From contig CAISYZ010000121.1 of assembly GCA_903889895.1 (NCBI GenBank), forward strand, positions 1,143 through 65,142: 64,000 nucleotides of DNA, read 5' to 3'. Position 1 is the first letter of the stretch. Each line of letters begins with the position of its first letter. The position numbers and the translations under genes are program-made. The stretch comes from an uncultured Verrucomicrobia subdivision 3 bacterium (GTDB lineage Bacteria > Verrucomicrobiota > Verrucomicrobiia > Limisphaerales > UBA11358). The notes under the pieces are model-generated. The model was not told where the DNA came from. It searched no databases and was given only the letters and a program-made list of their open reading frames with translations. Positions 30,755-41,061 of the stretch are shown piece after piece.

Positions 30755-32140
30755 ATGAAGCTTCATCAACTGACCAAAGGCCTGACTGCGCTAACCGCTG
30801 GATTATTAATTTCTTTCAGCGCCCACGCCGATGCCAATGTTTCCGCGGCTACAGCCCGCCCTTCGCCGGAGTGGCTGCGTAGTGGCACCATCTATGAAAT
30901 ATTTCCGCGAGACTTTTCCGCCGCCGGCAATCTCATCGGTGTCACTGCCAAACTGGATGAGTTGAAGGATCTTGGCGTCACCGTGCTCTGGATGATGCCC
31001 ATCCATCCCATCGGCACCAAATACCGCAAGGGCGATTTTGGCAGCCCGTATTCCATCCGTGACTACTACGCCATTGATCCAAATTACGGCACGCTCGCCG
31101 ATTTCAAGGCACTCGTCGCCGGCGCCCACCAGCGCGGCATGAAAGTCATCATGGATCTGGTCGCCAACCACACCGCGTGGGACAGCGTAATGATGAGCAA
31201 CAAGGATTTTTACAAGCAGGATGCGAATCACAACGTTATTCCACCGGTGCCAAGCTGGACCGATGTCGCCGGTTTGAATTACAACAGCGCCGCACTCCGT
31301 CAATACATGATTACGATGCTCAAATATTGGATTAATGAGGCGGATGTGGATGGCTTCCGCTGCGACGTTGCCTACATGGTGCCCACGGATTTTTGGGAAC
31401 AGGTCCGCACCGAACTCACCAAGGTCAAGCCTGACATCATGATGCTGGCCGAGGCCAGCAAACCGGAGCTACTAGTCAAGGCATTTGACCTTGATTATTC
31501 GTGGCCACTGCTTGCCACGCTGAATAATGTGTTGCTACGCAACGCCCCGGCAATTGATTTGCGCAAGTCTTGGGAAGAAAGCCGACGCGAGTTTCCGAAA
31601 AATGCCCTGCACCTGCGTATCTCCGATGACCATGATGAGGCTCGAGCCGTGGCACGCTACGGCATCAACGGCGCACTGGCCGCATCCGCATTTATGTTCA
31701 CGCTCGACGGCGTGCCACTCATTTACAATGGCATGGAAGTCGGTGACGCGACCGAATCCGGCGACCCCGCGCTCTTCGACAAGCTGAACATTTTCTGGGA
31801 TCCCAAGGAGCGCCCGCAATTGCGCAGCATCTACCACGACCTCATCCAACTTCGCAAACAATACGCCGCGTTGCGCACGGACAGCGTGATGTGGCTGCGC
31901 AATTCGGATGAGGCCAAGCTTATTACCTTCCTGCGCGGCGACGACCACGATGAATTTCTTGTCGTCATCAACTTTTCCAACCGTCCGCTGCTCGGCAAGG
32001 TGGATTTGCGAAATGTAGCCGGCTTCACGCCCGTTAAAATCAATGGCCTTGACGCATCCGATGCGGGACCGCTCCCGACGTTTCACCTGAACGGCTTTGA
32101 ATGGCGCATCTATCACCGCGTCGTTGTGCCAGCCAAGTGA
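30755..32140 (+). CDS. GH13 alpha-amylase-family glycosidase, exported
   Basis: IYEIFPR, DLVANH, DGFRCDVA, MLAE and DDHD conserved regions. Confidence 0.93.
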   Translation: MKLHQLTKGLTALTAGLLISFSAHADANVSAATARPSPEWLRSGTIYEIFPRDFSAAGNLIGVTAKLDELKDLGVTVLWMMPIHPIGTKYRKGDFGSPYSIRDYYAIDPNYGTLADFKALVAGAHQRGMKVIMDLVANHTAWDSVMMSNKDFYKQDANHNVIPPVPSWTDVAGLNYNSAALRQYMITMLKYWINEADVDGFRCDVAYMVPTDFWEQVRTELTKVKPDIMMLAEASKPELLVKAFDLDYSWPLLATLNNVLLRNAPAIDLRKSWEESRREFPKNALHLRISDDHDEARAVARYGINGALAASAFMFTLDGVPLIYNGMEVGDATESGDPALFDKLNIFWDPKERPQLRSIYHDLIQLRKQYAALRTDSVMWLRNSDEAKLITFLRGDDHDEFLVVINFSNRPLLGKVDLRNVAGFTPVKINGLDASDAGPLPTFHLNGFEWRIYHRVVVPAK

Positions 32141-32176
32141 TATCCCCTGCCTGTCAAATTTATTCAATCAGCTTCA

Positions 32177-33514
32177 ATGCAAAAACCTCAACTCAGCTTC
32201 TGGCAGATCTGGAACATGAGCTTCGGCTTTCTCGGCATCCAGTTCGGCTGGGGCTTGCAGATGGCCAACATGAGCGCCATCTACGGCTACCTCGGCGCGG
32301 ACCCCGACAAGCTTGCGCTACTCTGGCTCGCTGCGCCCGTCACCGGCGTGCTCATCCAACCGCTCATCGGCCAGACCAGCGACCGCTGCTGGACGCGCCT
32401 CGGTCGGCGGCGGCCGTTTATTCTCGGCGGCGCGATTCTCGCCTCGCTCGCATTGCTGCTCATGCCCAACAGCCCGTCCGTCTGGATGGCGGCAGGACTG
32501 CTCTGGGTTTTGGACGGCACCATCAACGCCTCCATGCAGCCGTTTCGCGCGCTGGTGGCGGACAATTTGCCGGAGGAGCAAAACTCCCAAGGTTTCGCGA
32601 TTCAATCCCTGTTCATCGGTCTCGGCGGCACCATCGCCTCGGCTTTGCCGTGGATGATGACCAACTGGTTTGGCCTCGCGGCGGACGCCGGCGGCAACGG
32701 CCACATTCCGCAGTCGGTTAAGCTCTCGTTTGACATCGGCGCCGTGGCGTTCATGGGCGCGGTGCTGTGGACAGTTTTTTCAACAAAAGAATATCCACCG
32801 AGCGAAAAGGATTTGGCGGCGATTCGCGCGCGCAAGTTCGACTGGACGCTTGGCTTGGGCGACATCTTCGCGCTGGTGTTCCACCTGCCGCGCCGGATGT
32901 GGGAACTTGGCCTCGTGCAATTCTTCACTTGGATCGGGATGTTTGCGATGTGGGTATATTTCTCGCCCGCCGTCGCCAAAAATATTTTCCACGCCTTGAA
33001 AGGGACTCCGGAAATGGAGGCAGCCGGCGCGTGGTCGGGATTTTGTTTCGCCGCCTACAACGCCGTGTGTTTCCTGTTCTCGTTCGTGCTGCTCTGGGGC
33101 ACGCGGTTCACCGGTCCAAAATTGATGCACGTTTTTTGCCTCGGCATCGGCGCGCTCGGCCTAGCCTCGGTGCCACTGATGACCGACAAGCACCAATTGC
33201 TGCTGTCCATGACCGCCGTCGGCATCGCGTGGGCGAGCATCCTATCCATGCCCTATGCCATGCTTGCGCCGGCACTGCCCAAGGAAAAAGTCGGCGTGAT
33301 GATGGGCATGTTCAACCTTTTCATTGTCCTGCCGCAAATCGCCGCTTCCAGCTTGCTGGGTATTGTGCTGAAAACTTTCCTGCACAACGAACCGATGAAT
33401 GCCCTCGTCCTCGGCGGCGTGAGCATGAGTCTGGCGGCGCTGCTGACTTTTCTGGTTGTATCATTCAAGAAATCCGCCACCGGCACGCGGACGCTGGGCG
33501 GGGCGGGACATTAA
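32177..33514 (+). CDS. MFS sugar transporter (maltose/sucrose GPH/SLC45-like)
   Basis: IWNMSFGFLGIQFGWGLQ, SDR..TRLGRRRPF, MQPFRALVAD and GIAWASILSMPY motifs; about 12 TM helices. Confidence 0.92.
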   Translation: MQKPQLSFWQIWNMSFGFLGIQFGWGLQMANMSAIYGYLGADPDKLALLWLAAPVTGVLIQPLIGQTSDRCWTRLGRRRPFILGGAILASLALLLMPNSPSVWMAAGLLWVLDGTINASMQPFRALVADNLPEEQNSQGFAIQSLFIGLGGTIASALPWMMTNWFGLAADAGGNGHIPQSVKLSFDIGAVAFMGAVLWTVFSTKEYPPSEKDLAAIRARKFDWTLGLGDIFALVFHLPRRMWELGLVQFFTWIGMFAMWVYFSPAVAKNIFHALKGTPEMEAAGAWSGFCFAAYNAVCFLFSFVLLWGTRFTGPKLMHVFCLGIGALGLASVPLMTDKHQLLLSMTAVGIAWASILSMPYAMLAPALPKEKVGVMMGMFNLFIVLPQIAASSLLGIVLKTFLHNEPMNALVLGGVSMSLAALLTFLVVSFKKSATGTRTLGGAGH

Positions 33515-33548
33515 CTCATTTGGGCGGGCTAAATCGCCTTGCAAAATA

Positions 33549-33586
33549 AAAACGCGCCGGCAAAAAAGCCCGGCGCGCACGTTTTG
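33549..33586. terminator. Possible bidirectional terminator between convergent genes
   Basis: aaaa-cgcgccgg...ccggcgcg...tttt. Confidence 0.55.
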
Positions 33587-33602
33587 GAATTTTCCCCGGC
33601 GA

Positions 33603-34475
33603 TTATTTAAAAATTGGCTCGCCAGAAACCTTCGTCAGCGCGTGATATTCCGCAATGAGCTTGAGCGTGAGCGCGCCGGGCTGGCCGTGACCGATGACGC
33701 GGCCGTCAATCTTGATGACCGGCATGATTTCCGCGCCGGTGCCGGTGAGAAAACATTCGTCCGCGTTGAACAAATCGTAGCGCGTTAGGTTCGTCTCCGA
33801 AACCTTGATGCCGATTTGTTCCGCGAGTTCCATCACCGTGCTGCGCGTGATGCCGTAAAGCGCGCCCGCATAATTCGGCGGCGTGTGCAACGTGCCATTC
33901 TTGATGATGAACAGATTGTCCGCCGTGCACTCGGACACAAAACCTTCAGCGTTCAACATCACGGCCTCTTCCACGCCGGCGTTGTTTGCCTCGATTTTCG
34001 CGAGGATGTTGTTTAGATAATTCAGCGACTTGATGGCGGGATTCACCGCGCTGTGCAAATTGCGCACTGTCGGCACGGTCACGATGTCCATGCCGCGCGC
34101 GTAAAGTTCCGCCGGATACACCTGGATCTTGCCCGCGATGATGATGACGGATGGCTTTTTGCAACTGCGCGGATTCAAGCCGAGCGTGCCGACGCCGCGT
34201 GTCACGATGAGGCGGATGTAGCAATCACGCAATTTGTTCGCGCGAACGGTTTCGACCGTGGCCTGCATCATCTGCGCGTGCGTCAGCGGGATTTCGAGCA
34301 GAATCGCCTTGGCGGAATAATACAGACGGTCAATGTGCTCCTTGAGCTTGAACACGCGGCCGTTGTAGGCGCGGATGCCCTCGAACACGCCGTCACCGTA
34401 AAGCAAACCGTGGTCAAATACAGACACCTTGGCGTCACGTTCACTGAAAAACTTACCATCGATAAAAATTTTCAT
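33603..34475 (-). CDS. ilvE: Branched-chain amino acid aminotransferase (class IV PLP)
   Basis: DHGLLYGDGVFEGIR, KSLNYLNN, EC..DNLF, GITR and DECFLTGT motifs; start MKIFIDG at 34475. Confidence 0.93.
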   Translation of the reverse strand: MKIFIDGKFFSERDAKVSVFDHGLLYGDGVFEGIRAYNGRVFKLKEHIDRLYYSAKAILLEIPLTHAQMMQATVETVRANKLRDCYIRLIVTRGVGTLGLNPRSCKKPSVIIIAGKIQVYPAELYARGMDIVTVPTVRNLHSAVNPAIKSLNYLNNILAKIEANNAGVEEAVMLNAEGFVSECTADNLFIIKNGTLHTPPNYAGALYGITRSTVMELAEQIGIKVSETNLTRYDLFNADECFLTGTGAEIMPVIKIDGRVIGHGQPGALTLKLIAEYHALTKVSGEPIFK

Positions 34476-34570
34476 GTAAAGAACGCATACTACGCAAAAA
34501 AACTGTCGAAGCAAACGTGAATTTCCGCGTGACAAGCTCTGTTTGGCTGATATATTTCACGGCCTTTCGT

Positions 34571-34645
34571 GACCCTATGGTCTAGCGGTTAGGACACCTC
34601 CCTTTCACGGAGGTAGCCCGGGTTCGATTCCCGGTAGGGTCGCCA
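34571..34645 (+). tRNA. tRNA-Glu (anticodon TTC)
   Basis: Acceptor stem gacccta/tagggtc, D loop ctagcggttagg, anticodon arm cctcc-ctTTCac-ggagg, T loop ggttcgattcc, encoded CCA. Confidence 0.97.
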
Positions 34646-34920
34646 TTCACGAACACAAGGATTTCGCAGCGCTTCTCAAATGAAATCAATGTTTGCAAGT
34701 CTTCCGTAATGTTTGATTCGCGCTGATTCGCGTTTGTTCAAATGCTTTGCAACATGGCACTATTTGGCATCGGCCATTCTGAAAAAAGGTAGGGTCGAGG
34801 CTGATGGTTTTGCTGACAGCGGCCCTGCCCTGCCGGGCAACGCGATGGCGGCGGACGGATTCCAAAAATTGCCGCAAAAAATAATGGCCGGAACGTGACC
34901 CCGCCGACTAGACTCGGTTC

Positions 34921-36657
34921 ATGGCCCAAATGTCCAGCCGCGGCACCCAGCTTTTTTGTTCCCTATTCATCGTCATCGGCCTGGTCGCCGTGGGCGTGGG
35001 CGTTTGGATCCTCACCAAAAGCTTGCGCGCGGAAAACTGGCCGGTGACCGACGGCCTCATCCAGTCGGCGGAGATGAAATCCCATCAGGGCAGCAAGGGC
35101 GGCACGACTTACTCCGCAGAAGTCACCTACACGTTTCAGGTGGCCGGCACGGGCTACACGGGCAACAAAGTCGCCATCGGACAGATGTCCGCTTCCGCGG
35201 AATATGCGCGGCGCATCCTTGATCGCTATCCCGTCGGCAAAAAAATTTCCGTGCATTACGCGCCGGGCGACCCGGCGGACGCCGTGTTGGAAACCGGCAT
35301 CCACGGCGGCGTGTGGATTTGCCTGGGCGTGGGCACGCTGTTCACGCTGATCGGGAGTCTGTTCCTGCAAATCAGCCGGGCCGCCGCGCGGGCGCAAGTG
35401 CCGGGAGCGGCCGAAGCGGCCACCGTCCACGTGCAACCGGATGGCAGCGTGACGATGGACAAACCGCCGGTGCTGATGGGTGTGATTTTCCTGCTGGCGG
35501 GCCTCGGCCTCACTTGTATGCACCCGGACAGCGACAAACCGCGCTGGCTGATGTATGCCGTGGGCGGAATGTTTGCGTCCGGCGGGCTGCTGCTGCTGCT
35601 GATGCGGCTGGAGAACAAAGTCTATTCCAAGCTCGCCACGCTGCTGATGCTGGCGGGCTTTCTGGCGGTTTTTCACTGGGCAGCCTTTGGCATCGGTGAC
35701 CGCACCGGCACGGTGAGCGGCCCGTTTTCCGTGATGCACGGCGCGAATGTGCGGACGCCGTTTGCCATCTTCACCATCCTGATGGACGTGCTGCTGGCGG
35801 CGGGATTTATCCACGGGCTGCTCACCGCGCGCTTCGTGGCCGAAAATAATTTAAAAGTGCCGCTGGCGGCAGGGCTGATTTTATTGCTGGCGCTGGGAGG
35901 AATCTATTGGGCGTATCCTAATAAAGCTCCGTCATTGCCACCGTCAACGGAAGCGCCCTTTGTGTCCACGCCGATTGACGACGCGTTCTGGCTCAAGCTC
36001 GACCGCCGCCGTTCCGACAAATATCGCCAGCAGCTCAAGGCCACGCCGCCGGTGCTGGTGGTGCGGGAGAGTCATTATGCGTTTAATAACCAGAACGGCA
36101 TGAATATGCATTACGGCTGGCTGGATGGCCGGTTGGCGAACCTGCACATCACCTTCTCCGAACTCGTGGCGACCGCCTACGGCCAGGATTATCCGCACAC
36201 GGAATTCCCCGAGGCGTGGACGCAGGGCCAATGGACCAATTGCTATGACGTGATTGTGACCGTCACCAACCAGCCCCAGGCCGCCCTGCAATCGGCCGCC
36301 CGCCGCTTCCTCCGGCAGCAATATGGGCTGGCATGGCATCGGGCGACCCGTGACACCGAGGTGCTGGTGCTCCGCGCCAAAGACCGGCCGCTATTGCAAA
36401 CGAAGGTCACCACGGATTTTGCGCACAGCAAATCCATCCCGGAATTCATCGGCGAACTGGAGAATTATTTTGGCCAGCCCGTGCTGGACGAAACCGGGGC
36501 GACCGACCGCTACGACAAAACGATTGGGGAGGTCCCCGCGCGCTGGGTCAATGGCCGTTCCACCGACTTGGATTATAACAACCAGTTTCTGGCCACCATC
36601 GGGCTGGAGCTGACGCCCGCCAACCGACCGCAGGAATGGCTGCTCTTGGACCGGTGA
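34921..36657 (+). CDS. Membrane protein: N-terminal DUF3592-like domain, TM region and C-terminal TIGR03435/DUF3738-like domain
   Basis: WPVTDGLI...YPVGKKISVHYAPGDP..AVLE (DUF3592-like); ELVATAY, YDVIV, R.TEVLVL, PVLDETGATDRYD and GLEL (TIGR03435-like). Confidence 0.65.
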   Translation: MAQMSSRGTQLFCSLFIVIGLVAVGVGVWILTKSLRAENWPVTDGLIQSAEMKSHQGSKGGTTYSAEVTYTFQVAGTGYTGNKVAIGQMSASAEYARRILDRYPVGKKISVHYAPGDPADAVLETGIHGGVWICLGVGTLFTLIGSLFLQISRAAARAQVPGAAEAATVHVQPDGSVTMDKPPVLMGVIFLLAGLGLTCMHPDSDKPRWLMYAVGGMFASGGLLLLLMRLENKVYSKLATLLMLAGFLAVFHWAAFGIGDRTGTVSGPFSVMHGANVRTPFAIFTILMDVLLAAGFIHGLLTARFVAENNLKVPLAAGLILLLALGGIYWAYPNKAPSLPPSTEAPFVSTPIDDAFWLKLDRRRSDKYRQQLKATPPVLVVRESHYAFNNQNGMNMHYGWLDGRLANLHITFSELVATAYGQDYPHTEFPEAWTQGQWTNCYDVIVTVTNQPQAALQSAARRFLRQQYGLAWHRATRDTEVLVLRAKDRPLLQTKVTTDFAHSKSIPEFIGELENYFGQPVLDETGATDRYDKTIGEVPARWVNGRSTDLDYNNQFLATIGLELTPANRPQEWLLLDR

Positions 36658-36668
36658 ACCGGCAGCGG

Positions 36669-38528
36669 TTACCTGACCGGCCAGATTTTGAAGGTTTGCA
36701 ATCCATTGGCGGAAATTTCAAACGGGCCGGGAAAGGGATTGTTTCGGTTCCGCTTTTTACCGAAGTAATCGGTGTTGAGGCGCAGCGGCGAGCCGTCAGG
36801 GTTTTCGTAGGCGCAATCCGGCACTTTGGCCTTGCCCAGCAATTTCGTCGTTACCAATGGGTGCGCCGTCGCCTCGCGCCATGAATTATCTTCAGCCAAC
36901 GTGAGATACCAGCCATCGGGCTTCTGCTCCAGTTTCAAGCCGGCGGCAAATTCCGGCTGGGGCAGCGCGCTGGTGGCAAACTTGGATGCCGGCGCATTGC
37001 CGGTGAAAACATTTCCGGCGGCAAAGCACGGGAGCGCCGACTTCTCCATCGGCTGCAGGCTGTCGGGCGCGAGGAATACGTTGTTATAAAAGCGGCAGTC
37101 GCCGCTGTCGTTCTGCGGTGAATCCGGGTGCAGGCCGGCAATTTCCGTGGAATGAGCCCGCTGAAACGGCGTGGCGCGACGGTCACCGCGTTTATTGGCA
37201 ATGGCGCCGACAATCAGGTTATGGGCAAAGGCAATTCCCTGCGCATTCAAAGTGCAAGCGTGTTTCGACAGCAGCAGATTATTGGCAAACAAAATTGGTC
37301 CGTGCTGCATCTCGCAAAAAACATCGCCGCAGTTCTCCAGGTTATCGTGCAGCAAATTGCCAGTGACCTGCGCGCCTTGCGCCATCCAGTCGAGCCAGAT
37401 GCCGGCAACCGAACCACAGCGGTAGATATGATTGCCGCTGATGACGACATCAATCGCCCCGTGAAACTTGATGCCCGCCATTTCCGCGCCCCCAAAGGTT
37501 TGCCCAAGATGAATATCATGAATTTCGTTGCCGGTAACCGTGCTGAACGCGCAGCCGAGGCTGCCGACGATGCCGGTCTGCCCGCAGTGGTGGATGTGAT
37601 TATTGCGCACAAGGTGGCTGCCAACGGTTGCCTGATTCCAGCCGTTGGTCAGCGCGCGCCGGACGCAGGCAGTGTAGGGATCGGCAGTGCCCTGTTGGTT
37701 GGAGTTGTCAAATTCATCACTGTATTTTCCCAGCGCGATGCCACTGCAACGCGAGTAACTAACCTCGTTGCCTTCGATGATCCAGCCCTTGCACCAATAG
37801 GCGGAAATAATTCCAAACTGTCCGGCCGAGGGCGGCGCCCACGGCGTGGCGGCATTGCGCAGGTCAAACCCGCGCACGGTAAGGAAATTGACGCCCGGCT
37901 GCTCCGGCGTGAACACGGTCTGCCGGACATTGATTTCGACGGAACGCGCGTTGGGATCCATGTCCTTGAATTGCGCCCAAATCGTGGTCGTATCGGCATC
38001 GACCTGGCCAAACCAGAGGGGGTTTTCAGCGCCCGGTGCCAGCGTGGCCGCCAGCGTCGGGGCTTCGCTCAACCATTCGCCGTCGAGATAAACTGCGCCG
38101 GAGTGATGCGTCCGGCCTTTCGGGTCAAACCAATCGCCATGAATCCGGTCCGCGTAGGGATTGAATTTGCCGAAGCATGAATTGGGTAAAGTTACTTTCC
38201 AGGTATCGTTCGTCACCAGCGTCCAGTTCTTCACCATTTCCGAACCGGTAATCACAACCTTCTCGCCCGGCGCAGCCTGGTAGGTGATGCGCCTTTTAGC
38301 GGAGGTGCCGCCGCGCGGCGGATGGACGCGCTCGCGATAGATGCCGGCGTGAACCGTGATCACATCGCCCGGTTGGGCCCGTTCGGCCGCTTGCTGGATG
38401 GTGCGCAATGGAGATTGTTTCGTGCCGGCATTTGCGTCGCTGCCGTTGGTCGCCACTTGGAATTCAGTGGCGAAAGCCCCGGACATTAGCGCCATGATGC
38501 TGATGGCGATTAACAGGTTTTGTTTCAT
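36669..38528 (-). CDS. Secreted right-handed beta-helix glycoside hydrolase, GH120 beta-xylosidase-like
   Basis: G.D.N.GT...PLRTIQ.AA..AQPGD.ITVHAGIYRE, AATPWAPP, GIVGSLG, EMAGIKFHGAID and GIWLDWMAQG motifs. Confidence 0.82.
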   Translation of the reverse strand: MKQNLLIAISIMALMSGAFATEFQVATNGSDANAGTKQSPLRTIQQAAERAQPGDVITVHAGIYRERVHPPRGGTSAKRRITYQAAPGEKVVITGSEMVKNWTLVTNDTWKVTLPNSCFGKFNPYADRIHGDWFDPKGRTHHSGAVYLDGEWLSEAPTLAATLAPGAENPLWFGQVDADTTTIWAQFKDMDPNARSVEINVRQTVFTPEQPGVNFLTVRGFDLRNAATPWAPPSAGQFGIISAYWCKGWIIEGNEVSYSRCSGIALGKYSDEFDNSNQQGTADPYTACVRRALTNGWNQATVGSHLVRNNHIHHCGQTGIVGSLGCAFSTVTGNEIHDIHLGQTFGGAEMAGIKFHGAIDVVISGNHIYRCGSVAGIWLDWMAQGAQVTGNLLHDNLENCGDVFCEMQHGPILFANNLLLSKHACTLNAQGIAFAHNLIVGAIANKRGDRRATPFQRAHSTEIAGLHPDSPQNDSGDCRFYNNVFLAPDSLQPMEKSALPCFAAGNVFTGNAPASKFATSALPQPEFAAGLKLEQKPDGWYLTLAEDNSWREATAHPLVTTKLLGKAKVPDCAYENPDGSPLRLNTDYFGKKRNRNNPFPGPFEISANGLQTFKIWPVR

Positions 38529-38943
38529 GTAAAAATTAAATCTCCGCAGCAATCCCGGTGATTGGCAAGCTGGAATTCATTATTTTGGACGGTGAAACTT
38601 TCAAGGACGGCAGTTAGGACGCGCTCCACCGCGTCCCCAATTGAAATCAGGGACGATGTGGAAATCGTCCTTACCAAAAACGTAACGTGGCTTGCCCATG
38701 GGTCAATTGCCTTAATGTCAGGCCGCACAAATGACAGTGCTACCCTGAGTCGGCACAAGCGACAGAAATCAACCCCGCAATGATTAAAATCTTTTAATCA
38801 TCGCCACCTGCATAATTTTACATTCCCGTGGTATCGTGAAATCATGCCCTTAGGTTGATTTTCAGGATGGGCTTTACATAAATTGCCGTGACACCGCCAA
38901 ATTTGGTGAGTGATGTCAGACAGATTAAATAGAAAGAAAGTTT

Positions 38944-41061
38944 ATGAAGCCGAAACCTTGCAGAGCGATGTATTTAACCGGGCTGGCCATGATGCTGGCT
39001 AGCTTGAGCCTCCTGGCGGCACCGCTGACGTGGTATCCCGGCGCGTTCCTCCCCACGCCCGCGAGCGGTTCGGCCACCGTGGTGAACGGAGGCAAGATCA
39101 TCCTCACCGGCGGCGATGCGTTTGCCTTTTATGGTTATCCGCTGAGCTATCCGTTCAGTTTCGCGGCCACCAACAATTATTGGACCACGCTCGCGCCGTT
39201 TTACAGTCTCAACATCGCCCCCGGCGCGGTGGTCAGCGACGGCAACCTGATCATCTACGGCGGCAGCGACGGCACCAGCGCGCAAAATGTCACCCTCAAC
39301 AACAATCTCTCCGGCGACACCGTGCCGGCGTTGCCCAACCTTAATGTGCCGCGCGCTTATCTGGGTTCGGCGCCAGACCGCAACGGCAACGCCTACGCCT
39401 TCGGCGGGTTGGACGACAACGGCAATCCGCTGGCTTCCGCCGAGAAATTGAATCCGACCGCCACCAAACCCGTGTGGACTTACATTGCCAGCCTGCCGCA
39501 GGCGCGCTTAAATTTTCCCGCCGTGTTTAACCGGACGAATTACATCTATATTTTTGGCGGGCTGACCAATCCGGCGGCTGGCAGTGAAATCAGTTCCGTG
39601 CTGCGTTACTCGGTCAGCGGCAACAGTTGGACCAGTCTGGCGCCGCTGCCGGTGGCCGTGGCCGGCAGCGCGGCGACGCTGGGGCCGGATGGAAACATTT
39701 ATGTGGTCGGCGGAACGAGCGGCGGCATCTCGACCAACGTCGTGCAAGTTTACAATCCCGCCGCGAATGCGTGGACACTGGCCACACCGTTGCCGGAAGG
39801 GTTGAGCCTGACCTCCGTGGGCGTGGATAGCTGGAACCGGCTCGTCGTGGCGGGTGGTGTGGATACGAACGGCAACGACACAGCCGATGTCTGGTATTCG
39901 CAGCCGATCGGCCTGGCGGACAGCGCGCCGGTGTTCACCAATTTTCCCGCCACGGCCGCCGCGTATCGCGGAGCCTACGTCTCGGCCATCAATGCCGCCG
40001 GCAATCCGCCGCCGGTTTATTCACTGGTGAGCGGTCCGCCGGGGATGCAGGTGGATTATTTCAGCGGAACCATCACGTGGACGCCGCAGGCGCTAAACGA
40101 GATAGGAACTAATCCGGTGACGGTGATGGCCACCAATTACGCGGGTGCAACGAACTATACTTTCAACATCGTCGTGCCCAATCCGGGGCCGAGTCTGCCG
40201 ACCAATTTCACCGTTGTCAGCGTGACCGATAATTCCGCCACCATTTCCTGGTCGCCCCAGGATCCGGCGGTTGGGCCGGTGACTTATTCCATCGCCATCC
40301 CGCACGCGTATCACAGCCCACGGGGCAGCGGCGGGGGCGTGACGTATCAAACCATTGCCACCGGCATCACGACCAATGTCATCACCATCGGCGGGTTGAG
40401 CCCCGGCAGCAGTGCGAGCTACGCGCTCAGCGTGTCGGCCATCGGTGGAGGCATACCCTACTCTTACAGCACCTGGTTTTCGGCTTACACCACGGCGCCC
40501 CAGTCGCCGGCCAATGTCTCGCTCGCCGGACTCACCTCCACCTCGGTGACCTTGGATTGGACGCCGTCGCCCGGGCTGGATCAAGGCCCGCAGTATTCAA
40601 TCATCACCAGTTATGCCATTGCCGAGTTTATTCCCGGCGGCAGCGGGGTGCCCTCCACCAGCAAGCTGTGGCTGACGGGTATTCCGACCAACACCCTGAC
40701 GGCCACCGTGACCGGTCTGACGCCGGGCCAATCGCATTACTGGTATGTGGCGGGCGTGGATGCCCAGGGATTTAGCTCCGGTTACACGGGCTTGCCATTC
40801 ACCTTTGTGAATGTGGCCAATCCGCTGCCGCAACCGGCGGCGCTGGCGGCGGTTTCGTCGGCGCCGGCAACGGGCGGCTTTCAATTCAATGTCCAGCCCA
40901 ACGTCTCTCAAACCACTTTGATTCAGGCGACCACCAATATCTCCGATCCGAATGCCTGGACAACCATCGCCACCAATCCGCCCGCCGGCACGTCGTTCAA
41001 TTTTACGGACACCAATTCTGGCCAATTTCCTACGCGTTACTACCGCGTGGTGACCCAATAA
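38944..41061 (+). CDS. Secreted Kelch-repeat protein with Ig-like and FN3 domains and a C-terminal FYR domain
   Basis: Kelch blades (IYIFGG, IYVVGG, YNPAANAW), GPPGMQVD..SGTITWTP, two FN3 domains; ends TRYYRVVTQ. Confidence 0.82.
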   Translation: MKPKPCRAMYLTGLAMMLASLSLLAAPLTWYPGAFLPTPASGSATVVNGGKIILTGGDAFAFYGYPLSYPFSFAATNNYWTTLAPFYSLNIAPGAVVSDGNLIIYGGSDGTSAQNVTLNNNLSGDTVPALPNLNVPRAYLGSAPDRNGNAYAFGGLDDNGNPLASAEKLNPTATKPVWTYIASLPQARLNFPAVFNRTNYIYIFGGLTNPAAGSEISSVLRYSVSGNSWTSLAPLPVAVAGSAATLGPDGNIYVVGGTSGGISTNVVQVYNPAANAWTLATPLPEGLSLTSVGVDSWNRLVVAGGVDTNGNDTADVWYSQPIGLADSAPVFTNFPATAAAYRGAYVSAINAAGNPPPVYSLVSGPPGMQVDYFSGTITWTPQALNEIGTNPVTVMATNYAGATNYTFNIVVPNPGPSLPTNFTVVSVTDNSATISWSPQDPAVGPVTYSIAIPHAYHSPRGSGGGVTYQTIATGITTNVITIGGLSPGSSASYALSVSAIGGGIPYSYSTWFSAYTTAPQSPANVSLAGLTSTSVTLDWTPSPGLDQGPQYSIITSYAIAEFIPGGSGVPSTSKLWLTGIPTNTLTATVTGLTPGQSHYWYVAGVDAQGFSSGYTGLPFTFVNVANPLPQPAALAAVSSAPATGGFQFNVQPNVSQTTLIQATTNISDPNAWTTIATNPPAGTSFNFTDTNSGQFPTRYYRVVTQ

